The notes below the pieces were generated by a model, which saw only the letters and a program-made list of their open reading frames with translations, searched no databases and was not told the DNA's origin. Positions 1 to 11,615 of a stretch of DNA of 64,000 nucleotides are shown here, piece by piece. How positions within the stretch are numbered: the stretch's first letter is position 1; each line of letters starts with the position of its first letter. Position numbers and translations under genes: made by a program. Source of the DNA: Ginglymostoma cirratum (taxonomy: Eukaryota); contig JAHRHZ010000222.1 of NCBI GenBank assembly GCA_024137785.1, positions 31,047,996-31,111,995 of the forward strand. Reading direction: 5' to 3'.

Positions 1-106
1 TCATCAGATTTCTGATGAAGGGTCTAGGCCCGAAATGTCAAGCTTTCCTGCTCCTATGATGCTGCTTGGCCTGCTGTGTTCATCCAGCTCCACACCTTGT
101 TATCTC
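1..106 (+). mobile_element. Penelope-like element 3' terminal repeat fragment with hammerhead motif (cut by window edge)
   Basis: Same sequence as the termini at 59881-59980 and 22929-23027. tcatcaga-tt-tctgatga at 1-18 is the centre of an inverted pair. Confidence 0.8.
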
Positions 107-1749
107 ATAAGGAGTGTTGGTCTGTTGACTGAATGGTTTGTTTCTGTGCTGTTATCTTCCAATCAACCCATTCAGAAATGTTATGAACACCTCTGGAGGA
201 GGTGGGACTTGAACCCAGGCCTCAATGTGTTTTCCAGAGGCACATGGACAAGGCAAGCTGACCTCTGACCCCTTCCAACAATTACCTATAGTGAGGATTG
301 ACTCATTGTGCTTCTAATGAAACAACCACGCCTACTTTCTTTTGCATGGCAGTCGTGGTAGTATTTTGAAATACTTTTTCATTGAAATCTAGACTCAAGT
401 GGTTTTCATTGTATCTCAGTCACACAAATTGTGAATGGCATCTGTGGTTATAGTTTATTTGCTGCCTTGAAAGATCTGTCTTAGATTTTAAAATCTGTTA
501 TCAACATTCACAACACAAGAGGGAACAGGTCCATATTGCTTTAGATCTGGTTGCAGAATCTGACTCAATTTATAGCTGAGGTAGCGGACATCATGTTTCC
601 CTACCTGGTGTCAAGATATAATTCATCTTGGAAAGTTAGGAATGGCTGGTGTAAAATGGCAATGTCTGATTGATACTGTAATGGTGCTCTGGTGAAGTTG
701 GACTCTTATAATTAGAGAGAAATTCAAGCAATGTTTGCATGCTTTACTTGACCTAGAAGGTCTTGAAGCCTTGAAACTACCTGGAAGTACTTTGGTTATG
801 AGGAACCTGAGAAAATTTGTTCATGCTAGCATTTGAACTTTGATTTCATTATTGAAGTTGATTATTTTCTTTATTGCTTTAGCTACCACATTCCACCTCC
901 GAAGTGGCATTGTCTAACCATATATTGTATAATAATAACCTCTACGTCCTACAGGAGAAAAAAATTAAACAAATTGGTGACATTTCACAATAAACTATGA
1001 CTTATGAAAGTAAAAGTCTTAAGTTTATACATCTACCGACCTGGGATCACAAAACTGACTTTAAATATTTTGATCGCAAGTAACACAAATTTCTTAACAT
1101 CCCTCAGACTGAACAAATGCACTGAAGTTGTAAAACAGATAAGTTGAATAAGCTGCCACAAGAATCTTCACCTACAAGTCCATGGTCTACATTCACATCT
1201 TTACGACTCAGAACTGGAGATAAATATTGACATCGCATGCAGCGTCAACAACGCCACAGCTGAATCTGAAACAGATTGTCATTTTATTTTTAGCTCATCA
1301 CTATGTATTTCATTTACAAATCAGTGTACTAGAGACCAATGGAACTTAGTACATCTCTGTGAAATAAGGATTTATGCCTCTTTTTAAAAGTCTTCCACCG
1401 TTGAAGAGTTTTAGTCATTTACAAGTCTTCCTTATTATTTCTCTTTACTTAGGAGAACTCATGCAATCAGTTGACTGTAATCTGATTTAAATATATTATC
1501 TATCTACATCATCTCCATATGCTATCTCATTGATCATGACTTAAAATGATAGTCACTAATCATTGAGCAGTGTTGATCAGTTTTGGCACAATCAACTCCA
1601 TTTACCACTAAGTAAAGTAACACTAATCAACCAATGCTTTAGCCGGACAGTGTCAATGGCAATGTAATGATTATTTAATACCTCAGTCAGTATTTCCATT
1701 ATTTGGTGTCCACCATGGTGAGTTCTGAAACATTACAAGTATGGCATCA

Positions 1750-2937
1750 AGAAGACTTAGCAATTCTGAAGTAAATAGGAATCAAGGAAGAAAACTCACC
1801 GCTGTTGGAGTTATACCTTGCACAAAGGAGGATGGCTTTAGTTGTTGGAGATGAATCATGTCAGTCCCAGGACACTCAGGGTAGTGTCATGGGCACAACC
1901 ATCCCCAACTGCTTCATCAAAGACTTTTCCACCGTCGTTAGGTCAAAAGGATGTTTGCTGGTGATTACATAATGTTCATCAACATTCATAACACCTCAGA
2001 CATTGAAGGTGCCCATGTCCCTCTGTGACAAGATCTGGCAACTTCCAGACTTGGGCTGATATACAAGTAACAATCCAGCCATGCAAATACCAGGCATGAC
2101 CATCTCCAACAAAACAGAATCTAACCATCATCCTTTGATATTCAAAGGCATTACATTGCTGCATTCCTTGCTTTCAACTTCCTGGAGAGCTACTATTGAC
2201 CAGAAACTGAACTCGAACCGCTATGTGAATATATTGGCTACAAGAGCAGGAAGTAACTCATCTTCTGTCTCCTCAGAGCCTGTCCACCATCTACAATGTG
2301 CAAGTCAGAAGTGTGGTGAAATAGTCTACACCAGCCTGGATGTGTGAAGATCCAACAACACTCAAAGAACTCAATACCACGCAGGACAAAGAACTTAACT
2401 GCAGGGGTATCAAAACCAGGTAAGAAAGATCTGTTCAAGACAGATTGACCATGAGTGAAGAGGTATGTCTTGACTTCTCCTGCTGTATGTTCTGGGTCCA
2501 GCCAAACAACCTTGGGTCCATCGGTGGCCATGCAGTCAATGAGCACTTTCAGTTGTTCACCACCTTCAGCGTTCATTCGCTTCCCCACCGATTCACAGTG
2601 ACAGAAATGTGTACTGTCTACAAGATGCACTGTAGTAACCCATAAAGCTATTTTCAAAGCGCTTCTCAAATCTACGACCTTTACGGGGCCAGGTGCAGCA
2701 GATGCATGGGAACATGCCAGTTCGCCTCCAAGCCACTCACCATCCTGAGTTCAATCTATATCACAATTCCTTCACTGTTGCTGGGCCAAACCCCAATCCT
2801 CAAATTCCCTTCCTAACAGGTCTGTGAATGCTCCTACATACACAGCACTGTAATGATTCAAAAAGGCAGCACATGATCACTTTCTTCACAACAATAAGGG
2901 ATGAGCAATTAGTGCTGGCCAACCAGTGATGCCCACA
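1750..2937 (+). mobile_element. Degenerate LINE 3' fragment (CR1/L2 group)
   Basis: Decayed RT region (atgtttgctggtgat, xADD-like) and a 3' tail shared with the SINE at 52531. Related pieces lie at about 7040-7650 and on the minus strand at about 40870-42060. Confidence 0.6.
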
Positions 2938-5900
2938 ATGGTACAGGTACACTCACCATTGTCTTACCAGAACATAGGGCTGGTATCTCATTACAGAGAG
3001 ACAACTAGTAGTGGTTGAACATGAGGGTCACGCCCCAGATAAGGGTAGAAATTGATAAGAAGAGTTCTTCATGATAACCTCAGCTGATGCATTAATTTAA
3101 CCCATACAGTCAGCATCACAAACCCCAGATGTCCAGCCCACTGAGCTAGCCAAGTCCCTGATACCTGCACAGAATGAAAGAATATTGTTTTTTTTAAATG
3201 ACCTTTCAACATAATATCCTGAACTGAACTTTAAGTAAAATTTTGCCACTAGTGTCCTCCTGTTTTATTTTATTAAAGTAACAAAGTTTTATCAAAGTTA
3301 CATTTTGCAGTATTTGCTTCATTGTATAACAATTCATATTTAAAAGCCTTTGATTGAAGAGGCAGTGCAGATGCCAGAATGAAGTCTATAAGCGATGAGA
3401 TTCAATAGAGTGTAATAGGATTAAACTGACTAGCGTTGTGTAGTAATGGTATAATAAAAACCATCCATTAATAACTACAGGTAATTTTCAATTCAGCTTA
3501 TTGTCACAACAGTAACTGCTTACTCACAGCAGGCTATCACTATCAAAACCTAATTGTGCACAAGATGATAATTAAACATTTACTTCTTCAATGTGATGCC
3601 AATAATGGGTCTCTCACTTCAAGTACATACTGTACCTGTAACTAAATATGCATCTTTTTGCACTTACAATCAAATTACAATTGTAGTTGTGGGAATCAGC
3701 AAGCTAAGTTAGCTAGACTGTTATGCAGAATGCAGCCAGCAATGAGGATTTAATCCCCAATCTATTCATTGGAGGCTAGTCACCTTGCCTTGTCACGAAT
3801 TTTTGAGCTTGCGCCCCTCAAGTTATATATAATCAATGGAGATAGATGTCTATAGTTCTTAATGGACAATTAGCTTATATTACAATCACAGTTAATTCCA
3901 ACAATTTCATGAAATTACAAAAGGTTTGAATAATTCATTTTCTTTGAAAATAAGGCTTGCATCATTCATTTCCCCCAAAGGAATAGATTACACCCTATTC
4001 AAGTTGATTATTACAATTGTCGCATGAAAATCTACAATCAAATTGACTTCCCTCATTTGATATTAATACTTTACACTTCCATGGATTAAAATTACTTTTA
4101 AAAAGGACACTGCTTACCTACTTTATTTGGTGTGATCACCTCACAAGTCTAGGCAACTAGATGGCATGTACAAAAAAAACTATCTCGGAATTTCCATTTT
4201 TGTAAAGAAACACTGAAATGTCAAGAAATTTGCTGCCTTGTTTCATTCATGCTTGCATATTAACTTCTGATATGGAAGCTGAAAGAATATCTACAAGGAG
4301 GTCAGCTTGGAAAAGATAATAGATTTAGACTGGGAATATACACAAACATACCATATTTCAGTATCTTGCTGTAAGCAACGAAACAGAGAGAAAGCAACTT
4401 GGATTGAACACAGAAAGGGTACCGAAAGCTCCTGTTTATTCCTCTCTCTCTCCCTCTCTCTCTCTCTCTTTCAATCTCAATCCCAGCAAACAAGTGCCAG
4501 GGAAAGAAAACAACTATTGACTTAAATACCAAGGTACAGCTGCAGCTTTGTCATAATGGAGTAAATAAGACCTCTCCTGCATTTCAAAGACTCTCAAAAA
4601 AACATAAACTGCAAATGCCTTTACCTTCCTGTCTGTACTGGTTACCATTTTCTCCCTACACCACCACCACCAACACCACCCCCCTCCCGTTTTCTCCCCT
4701 ACCCCACAACCTGACTCTTTGAAAACTCATTATCTCATTATGTGTATGTTTGATGTTGAATTTTTTTTCTTTGATAATAAAACACAACTGTCTTTCACTC
4801 AAGAAGCCTTGGATTTGGCTCTCTGTCTTTTTTGATTTGGTTAACTAAATTAATTGAGGAGTTATAGATACATGCTGAAAAGGAAACAATAAAAAGGTCT
4901 TTGTTGCCACTTGTCAAAAGGAATTAAAAACAAGTCAACCATGACCCCTCCTCACTTGGTTGCAACAGTGCCTTCAGTGCTCCATATAGTAAAGCAATGT
5001 ATTTATATGCAACTGAAGCACATTTACAACTCTTTCAATTTCACTAGTTTCACTTTCCATTCATGAATTAACTAGACACAAGGAAGAGGAAACTGATTCT
5101 ATTTCAATGATGCAGAATTCTAAATGGTCTAATTACAAAAGGATTTTTTGTTGGATTTCACTGTCATGATTCTTCTGGAAAACTACAAATAACATTTCAA
5201 TCTTGTCATGGGTGGGGCAAAATCTGTCACAAGAAAGGGTTTCACTGTAACCCAGACTAGATAAAACATACATGAGAAAGGCACCTACGAGGTATCTTCA
5301 TGGGCAATCAACATTTTATTGTATGGAGACATAATTAATCCAATAAATGATGTCATGTATAGCAAAACTTATATTTGTGCATGTAGAGTTGTAAAATGTT
5401 TTTCAGATTGAGAAAGGCATTATCTGCACAATCCTTTGCTCTAGCATCATGACACAACTTGCCCTTTTTTGCTCAATCTGTCATCCAATGCCAATTTATA
5501 GAAACTGCAACAGAAAGGACAATGACAATGATTGTAATTTAAACCACTTCTTCAGTATTTCCTTTTGTATGAATGTTCCGTTCATCTGAGTTGTGCACCT
5601 TGTTCTTCACCAGCCTTGATCAGAGGAAAGTTGTTGACTTTTAGTTTGTTTGGAATCCTGTATTTGTTTCCTGCTCTCTTACCAGGTTCTATGGTCATTC
5701 ATGTAATGCTTCTACTTAAGTGATGTCCTTTGAAATATATTTTCTGCAGTATGAATTAGGTGGATACAAATTGGAATGCTGGTTAAGGTCTTCACAAATA
5801 AGAGTTCTTTTAAAGTTTAAAATTCAGTGTCAGGGAATAGTTTTCCACCTGATTTCTGAGCCAGTGCTCAAATGCTGACCAATATGTCTGCAGTGGAGAC

Positions 5901-6140
5901 TACTTTGTTCTTTTTATGGGTCAGCAATTCTAATGGTGTTAGTTTGTGATAATCGCCTGTTCGCTGCAATAGCTTTATTGAAATACTTAAGTAATGTACA
6001 CCATGAGTGCTTAGTGGAAATGGAGTTGCGTATTTATTACCCTGCTAGTCTTGTAAATACAATTGCTCTGTTGGAAGCTGCAGTGATTGGCACTTTGTTA
6101 CAAATAAGAAGCATTTTGTCTTATGTTTTGTGATTTGCTT

Positions 6141-6856
6141 TGTAATTTAGGTCAAAATGGAGGAATGAAGACAAACATGTGACCCATTCTGAATTCTGCT
6201 CGACTGAAGCTTCAGTAGTTTGTTTGTGAAAGTTTGAAGAGGGGCGTAGATTCTCTTCCTGGGAAGAACAACCAAACTGTTCCAGAAGAGACGTATACCT
6301 GTGTATAGGATGGGCCAAAGGGCCAAATGTTAATGATGATATTTGACAGCTGCATGAGAAGATAGATTGTATGGGATGGGCTAAATGGCTAAAATTGTTG
6401 ATGATACTTGACAAGCTGCATGACCTTGAATGAGTCTTGTTAACATTCTTTTACGGGTTGAAGACAGCACCTGCAACTTGTTTTTCTGTAGTTGTGTTTT
6501 GACTTCTGTATCTGCTTTCTTTGTGCTGGCTGTTTGTTACACTGTGTGAGAGAGAGAGAGAGACTTTCATTTCAAGTCGTGGGACTTCACCTCGGCTTGG
6601 AATCATGAACGGTGCCAGGAACGAACCTAAGCCTCCAGACCAGCCATTGATTGAGGGGCCCCCGATGGGCAGAAGGGCATGAGACTTGTTGCTTTTTCTC
6701 TTTTCTCTTCCAATTAAGATTACCACTATAATCACTTATTATTACCACTATAATCATTATTATCACTTAATAAACATTCATATTTAAGCAAATTGTTGTT
6801 GTCGAGCCTTCTCTTAATTATATCTACCTAAATCTGAAAAGAACCGCTTGGATACA
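6141..6856 (+). mobile_element. Probable solo LTR
   Basis: Starts TGTA and ends TACA, with flanks tgctt/tgctg. Internal ~65-bp tandem duplication (about 6302-6423) and AATAAA near 6769. Confidence 0.45.
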
Positions 6857-9800
6857 TGCTGTGATCCAAGACAAATTAGCAATGTCAAAAATTGTAGGAT
6901 TCCTCCACCAAAAGCAGGAAATCCAATTCAGCCAATTAATGACCCAGCAGTGTACTCTTGATCATCAGCAAAGTGGTGGAAGTAGTGGTCAACAGTGTCA
7001 TCAAGTGACACTTACTCAGTGATACTCTGCTTACTGGCACAGTGCGTTCGTGAGGGCCACTCCACTCCCGACCCCATCACAGCTTTGGTCCAAGCATGCA
7101 CAAAAGAATTGAACTCTGAGTGAAGTCAAGTGACTGCCCTATCTTTAAATCATGGCAGCATTTGACTGAGATAGCATCAAAGAACATAGCAAAACCCTAA
7201 GTAACTGGGAATCAGAGAGAAAATTTGCCACTGTTTGGAGCCATGCGGTTGTTGGAGGTCAATCAGTTCAACCCCTCAACATCACGGCAAGAGTTCCTCA
7301 GGGGAGTGTCATGGCTGAACCATTTCCAGTTGCTTCATCAGCAGGGTCACATCTATGGATATGGGGTAGGCCATTTAGGACTGAGATTTGAAGAGAGTGG
7401 TGAGCCTGTGGAATTCTTAGCTACAGAAGTTGTTAAGGCCAAAACATTTCATGTTTTCAAGAAGGAGTTAGATATACTTATTAGGGATCAAAGAATATGG
7501 GGAGAGAGCAGGAATACGGTAATGAGTTGGATGATGAGCCATAATTATGTTGAATATTGAAGGGCTGACTCCTGCTCCTATTTTAAAAGTTTCAAAATTT
7601 GCATGACCCCTCCTTTATCATAAGATCAGAAGTGGGGATGTTTGCTAATGTTTGATGTTGTCTTGACCTAGATTTCCAATGATTCATTTTTGGAAAATGC
7701 TGTTGTTATCATGGTAAAATTTTTTTTTTACAGATGTGTCATGCACAGGCACTATTGGAATTCATCAACAAGAGCATTGCAGTTTGACAATGAGGTGAAA
7801 AAAAGTCACTTAAAATAGTTATGGAACAGATTGGGAAGGTCACCAACTCCTTTAATCTTTTGATTAGGCACTTTGCAGCCTTCTGGTCTCAATATTATCA
7901 CTGCTTCCATGATTACCAACAGCATTAAGATATGCAGTGCTGTCTGAAAAACACTGTCATTCGCACCCTAAAATCCACACACCACCATGCACTGCTACCA
8001 GTCTCTCTCTTCAGCACAGCTATCTCATTCCCTTCTTCTTTGTAGTAGCCCATCAAAACCAAGAGGATGGTTGAGTTGGAATATAGCCAGTGGATGTTTA
8101 ATGTGGAGAGGTGTTGAGTTGCAACTATCACAACAGTTCTAACTGACCAGGAGACTAGGAAGCTCTTACCACCTGTTCTACACATTAGCAGGTTGATAAT
8201 TAACCTCTATGGCCTTGTTACTAAAGCACCTTCCTTGTCATGGAGTGAAACCTGAACTTGGAACTATGACTCAGAGGGAGGGATTCTTCCTAATCTTCAC
8301 TCTGTCACATGCTGTCTCAAAGTTATTCTCGTCTGAAGTCTTATTTGATCTTTTATGACAATAACACTTTCTAGTGTCAAAAATCACAAGTTTCAACAAT
8401 GCATGGATACAAACAGCCCTCTGGATTCTTCCTCCCCTTTACCTTCCTTGGATCTCATTTCTTTTTCCAACCACATTCTTAATATGTCTTCATTCTAAGT
8501 CTGAACAGTGTGTCATCAGTAAAAGCCCCGTATCATCCCCTTATGCCCATTCCCCAGTGATTTTGAGCTCTACTATTGTTCCATTGTCTTTGTCTTCTGA
8601 ATGCATTTCAGTAATCTAGGTTTTACATTTGCCTTATGTGCATTAGCTCAATCATTATAACGTAGGAACGACATTATGGGATCATTTCAGAGTTTCCCAA
8701 AACCAAAAAGTCTTCTCCAATCTGTGACACAGTTCTTAAGCTATGATTCAACAAAAATAAGGTAAGTTGAATACATACTAAAGTAGGCATATAAGACAGT
8801 TACACAAACTGTTGAGAATACTAATTCAGAATCTAAAAGGCTTGTTTTGTTCAGTAAAAACAGTGCTTTCCACACAAATAAATTGGAAATTGGAATGCAA
8901 TCTCCCCACATCCAACTTCTCTCTGATGCCATTGCTTTTGCCTCACACACCGCTCCAATTTTCCTCAAGTTTAAATCAGAATCAAATCACATGCTATATT
9001 TAATTGTTTCTTGTTTCATCAAAGATGACAGATCTTTAATATAATTTTGGGTGATTTGAAGAATTTGTACAATGATTATTTTCTAAATGTTGACATACAA
9101 TTGCACTTCTTCAAAAATCTCATAAGCATAACAGAGTTACTTGACTGTGTTACAAATTGCAAATGCTACATGACACAAGATTTGTACCAAGCTTTCCAGG
9201 AGCAATATATTGAAAAGTTCTAAGTCTATTTATTTTGGGACTGTTGTGGAGCATGGTGTTTTGATGTGAATTAGTTCAATTTTTATTCATTTGTCCACCT
9301 TCTTTTCTTTCTTGTCAGAGGTGGATAGTTAAACCTGAAGCATATTTGGTGGCCCGGAGCTGAGGAACAAATATTCACATGTGAGCACAGAGAATATCTG
9401 ATCTTGGCTACCCTCAAACTCAAGTCTAATTTCAACCTCACTTGATTAAGAGTGGAAGTCTCTGTTGATTTTCTTTTCCCTCATCAGAGGTGCGGAGACA
9501 AATTATCAAACTTTGACCATCCCCAAAACTGAGATTAGCTAATCAATTCGTCAGGAACTGAACCAGAAATCTTCATGGAATGTGACATTCAGGATTAATC
9601 ACAATAGCATATATACCTATGGTATATGTGTTATGTAGATATAAGGTAGAAATCAATCTGGCAGAGCCTACCCCAGAGGTGGAAGTTCCACCCAACCTGA
9701 GGGTTTCCAACCAACTGAGGTCAGCAATTCTTCATTATCATTAAAATTACTGGGGACAAACTTGGGGTTGCCTGTCATGCACATATTTGAGGCCAAAATT

Positions 9801-10086
9801 AGCATGTGACACAAGAAAGAAGTGAAATGAGAATTGCAGAAACGGGATCAATGGATCATGTATGAATGGGCTTAGAAGAAAAAACAATGGGATGGCTTTC
9901 AGTAGCACCATGCTGCCTCCCTATCCATTGCCAGGTCCCTTCATCAGGCACTAAGTGCCTGATAGTGATAAAGCCCCCAGTGGGAGTTCCCAGGAAAATA
10001 CAGTAGGTTTTGTCATTTGGGCTTCTTGTATAGAAATTGGATTGCCCTTGGTTATTTGAATATGTGGCAGCAGGATAAGGCAATTA

Positions 10087-10385
10087 GGGCGGCACGGTGG
10101 CTCAGTGGTTAGCACTGCAGCCTCACAGCACCAGGGACCCGGGTTCGATTCCAGCCTCAGGTAACTGTCTGTGTGGAGTTTGCACATTCTCCCTGTGTCT
10201 GCGTGGGTTTCCTCCCACAGTCCAAAGATGTGCAGGCTAGGTGGATTGGCCATGCTAAATTGCCCATAGTGTTCAGGGGTGTGTGGGTTATAGGGGGATG
10301 GGTCTTGGTGGAATGCTCCAAGGGTCAGTGTGGACTTGTTGGGCCGAAGGGCCTGTTCCCACACTGTAGGGATTCTAATTCTAAT
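10087..10385 (+). mobile_element. tRNA-derived SINE (HE1/V-SINE type)
   Basis: Box A tggctcagtggttagc, box B ggttcgattcc, central gtgtggagtttgcacattctccc..gcgtgggtttcct, CR1-like 3' tail ending in ctaatt repeats. Confidence 0.88.
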
Positions 10386-10817
10386 TAACTGGGTATTAAT
10401 TGGCCACATAAGGACCTCAATTGGCATTTGGGTAGGAAAGCTCAGAGTTGGCTTTCCCACTCATCTTCTCTGGAAATAATCGGGGTAGAGGTGGGAAGTC
10501 AGAGACATCTCCATGTGGGAACTTTCCATTCAATTAAATGACCCCTGCCTCAAAACACACCTTGGGAGTGAGCATCAAACTCTGCACATGAAATATAAAT
10601 TGCATAAGTACCCTTATGCAATGGCAAATCTGTCAAATCCAGTTTGTATGGAAAACAACAGTAAAGAAAAATGTACACTGCATTGCAAAGCAAAATAAGC
10701 ATTTTATATTTGTTGGTGTGAAGTAAAAGTAGCGTCTCATTTCTCTGAAAATTGCTTGAAAGAGACCTGTTTTCACTTCATGATGTAATTGTTGCGTTAG
10801 TTGACTTGTGTGTATGA

Positions 10818-11615
10818 CTAAGTGTGGAAAGAAGACCAAGAGAGATCTGTTGAAAATAATGGATCCTGTCCCAGCTCTTGCTTCTCCTCATCACTGGATT
10901 TGTCATCATCTTCATCATCATTCAGACCAGTGATCTCATCTGCTTTTTGGTCTAATGTTGAGATTTTACCCTTCTCTTCCATCAATTTATTGTAACATAA
11001 TGTGCATACCCTTAAAGGCTTTGATGACAGCTTAGGCATAAGGAACTTGTGCTTTGAACAAGAATAACACACCACAAAGCCACAGTTCCGACAGTGATGC
11101 CTGCGAATTAAAGTGTTGAACTTCTTTTGAGTGCACCGCATGCAGATTTCTGTCATCTTGTCTGGTATCCAAGGGGCTGCATGTTCAGTAGGTGGTGCCT
11201 TTCCTGTCTTTTCCAACAGTTTTTTAACACAATTGTTAATATGCTTTATCCAGTCTTCTTTTTCAGACCGGGTTGCAGCGCACACTATGAATGATTTTCG
11301 TGACGTTTTTATCATCCATTGATTTTTCAGACTGTCATTATCTGCAAGATCTTCAACATTGACATCCTCTAATGGTATTATCTGTTGACTGGTGTACTTT
11401 TTCTTGTGGATGATAATACTTCCATATACCAGGATGTCATTAAATAGGAAAAACATCCGGCGTTTTGGCTTCTTGCGACAGACTTTTGTCAATAATCCTT
11501 CACCTACAAGTACTCGCCCATGCATGACCAGAGGCTGACCTGTTGCTCCAAAGCAATTTTCGACTGCAACTATTCGTTGTGTGTTGATCTCTGTGTTCAT
11601 TAGGTGGTCCACCAT
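10818..11615 (-). CDS. PLEKHF1: Pleckstrin homology and FYVE domain-containing protein 1 (Phafin1), single coding exon, 265 aa
   Basis: ORF begins MVDHLMNTEINTQRIVAVENCFGATGQPL, then a PH domain (FFLFNDILVYG), a FYVE finger (WIPD...RRHHCRNCGFVVC...RVCTLC), an acidic DDEDDDKSSDEE tract and C-terminal WSSFHT. The MVDHL start and WSxFHx tail match recalled PLEKHF1 rather than PLEKHF2. The true ATG is at 11615. A splice acceptor (ACTAAT branch point, pyrimidine tract, TAG) opens the exon at 11647. Confidence 0.95.
   Translation of the reverse strand: MVDHLMNTEINTQRIVAVENCFGATGQPLVMHGRVLVGEGLLTKVCRKKPKRRMFFLFNDILVYGSIIIHKKKYTSQQIIPLEDVNVEDLADNDSLKNQWMIKTSRKSFIVCAATRSEKEDWIKHINNCVKKLLEKTGKAPPTEHAAPWIPDKMTEICMRCTQKKFNTLIRRHHCRNCGFVVCYSCSKHKFLMPKLSSKPLRVCTLCYNKLMEEKGKISTLDQKADEITGLNDDEDDDKSSDEEKQELGQDPLFSTDLSWSSFHT

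Noticed and set aside
955-993. Possible plus-strand terminal exon EKKIKQIGDISQ* after cctacag
   Set aside because: Too short to assign, no recognisable homology (not C19orf12-like), and no partner exon in the window.
10087-10160. tRNA gene
   Set aside because: The A/B boxes belong to a SINE head that continues into the SINE body and LINE-derived tail; three copies occur in the window.
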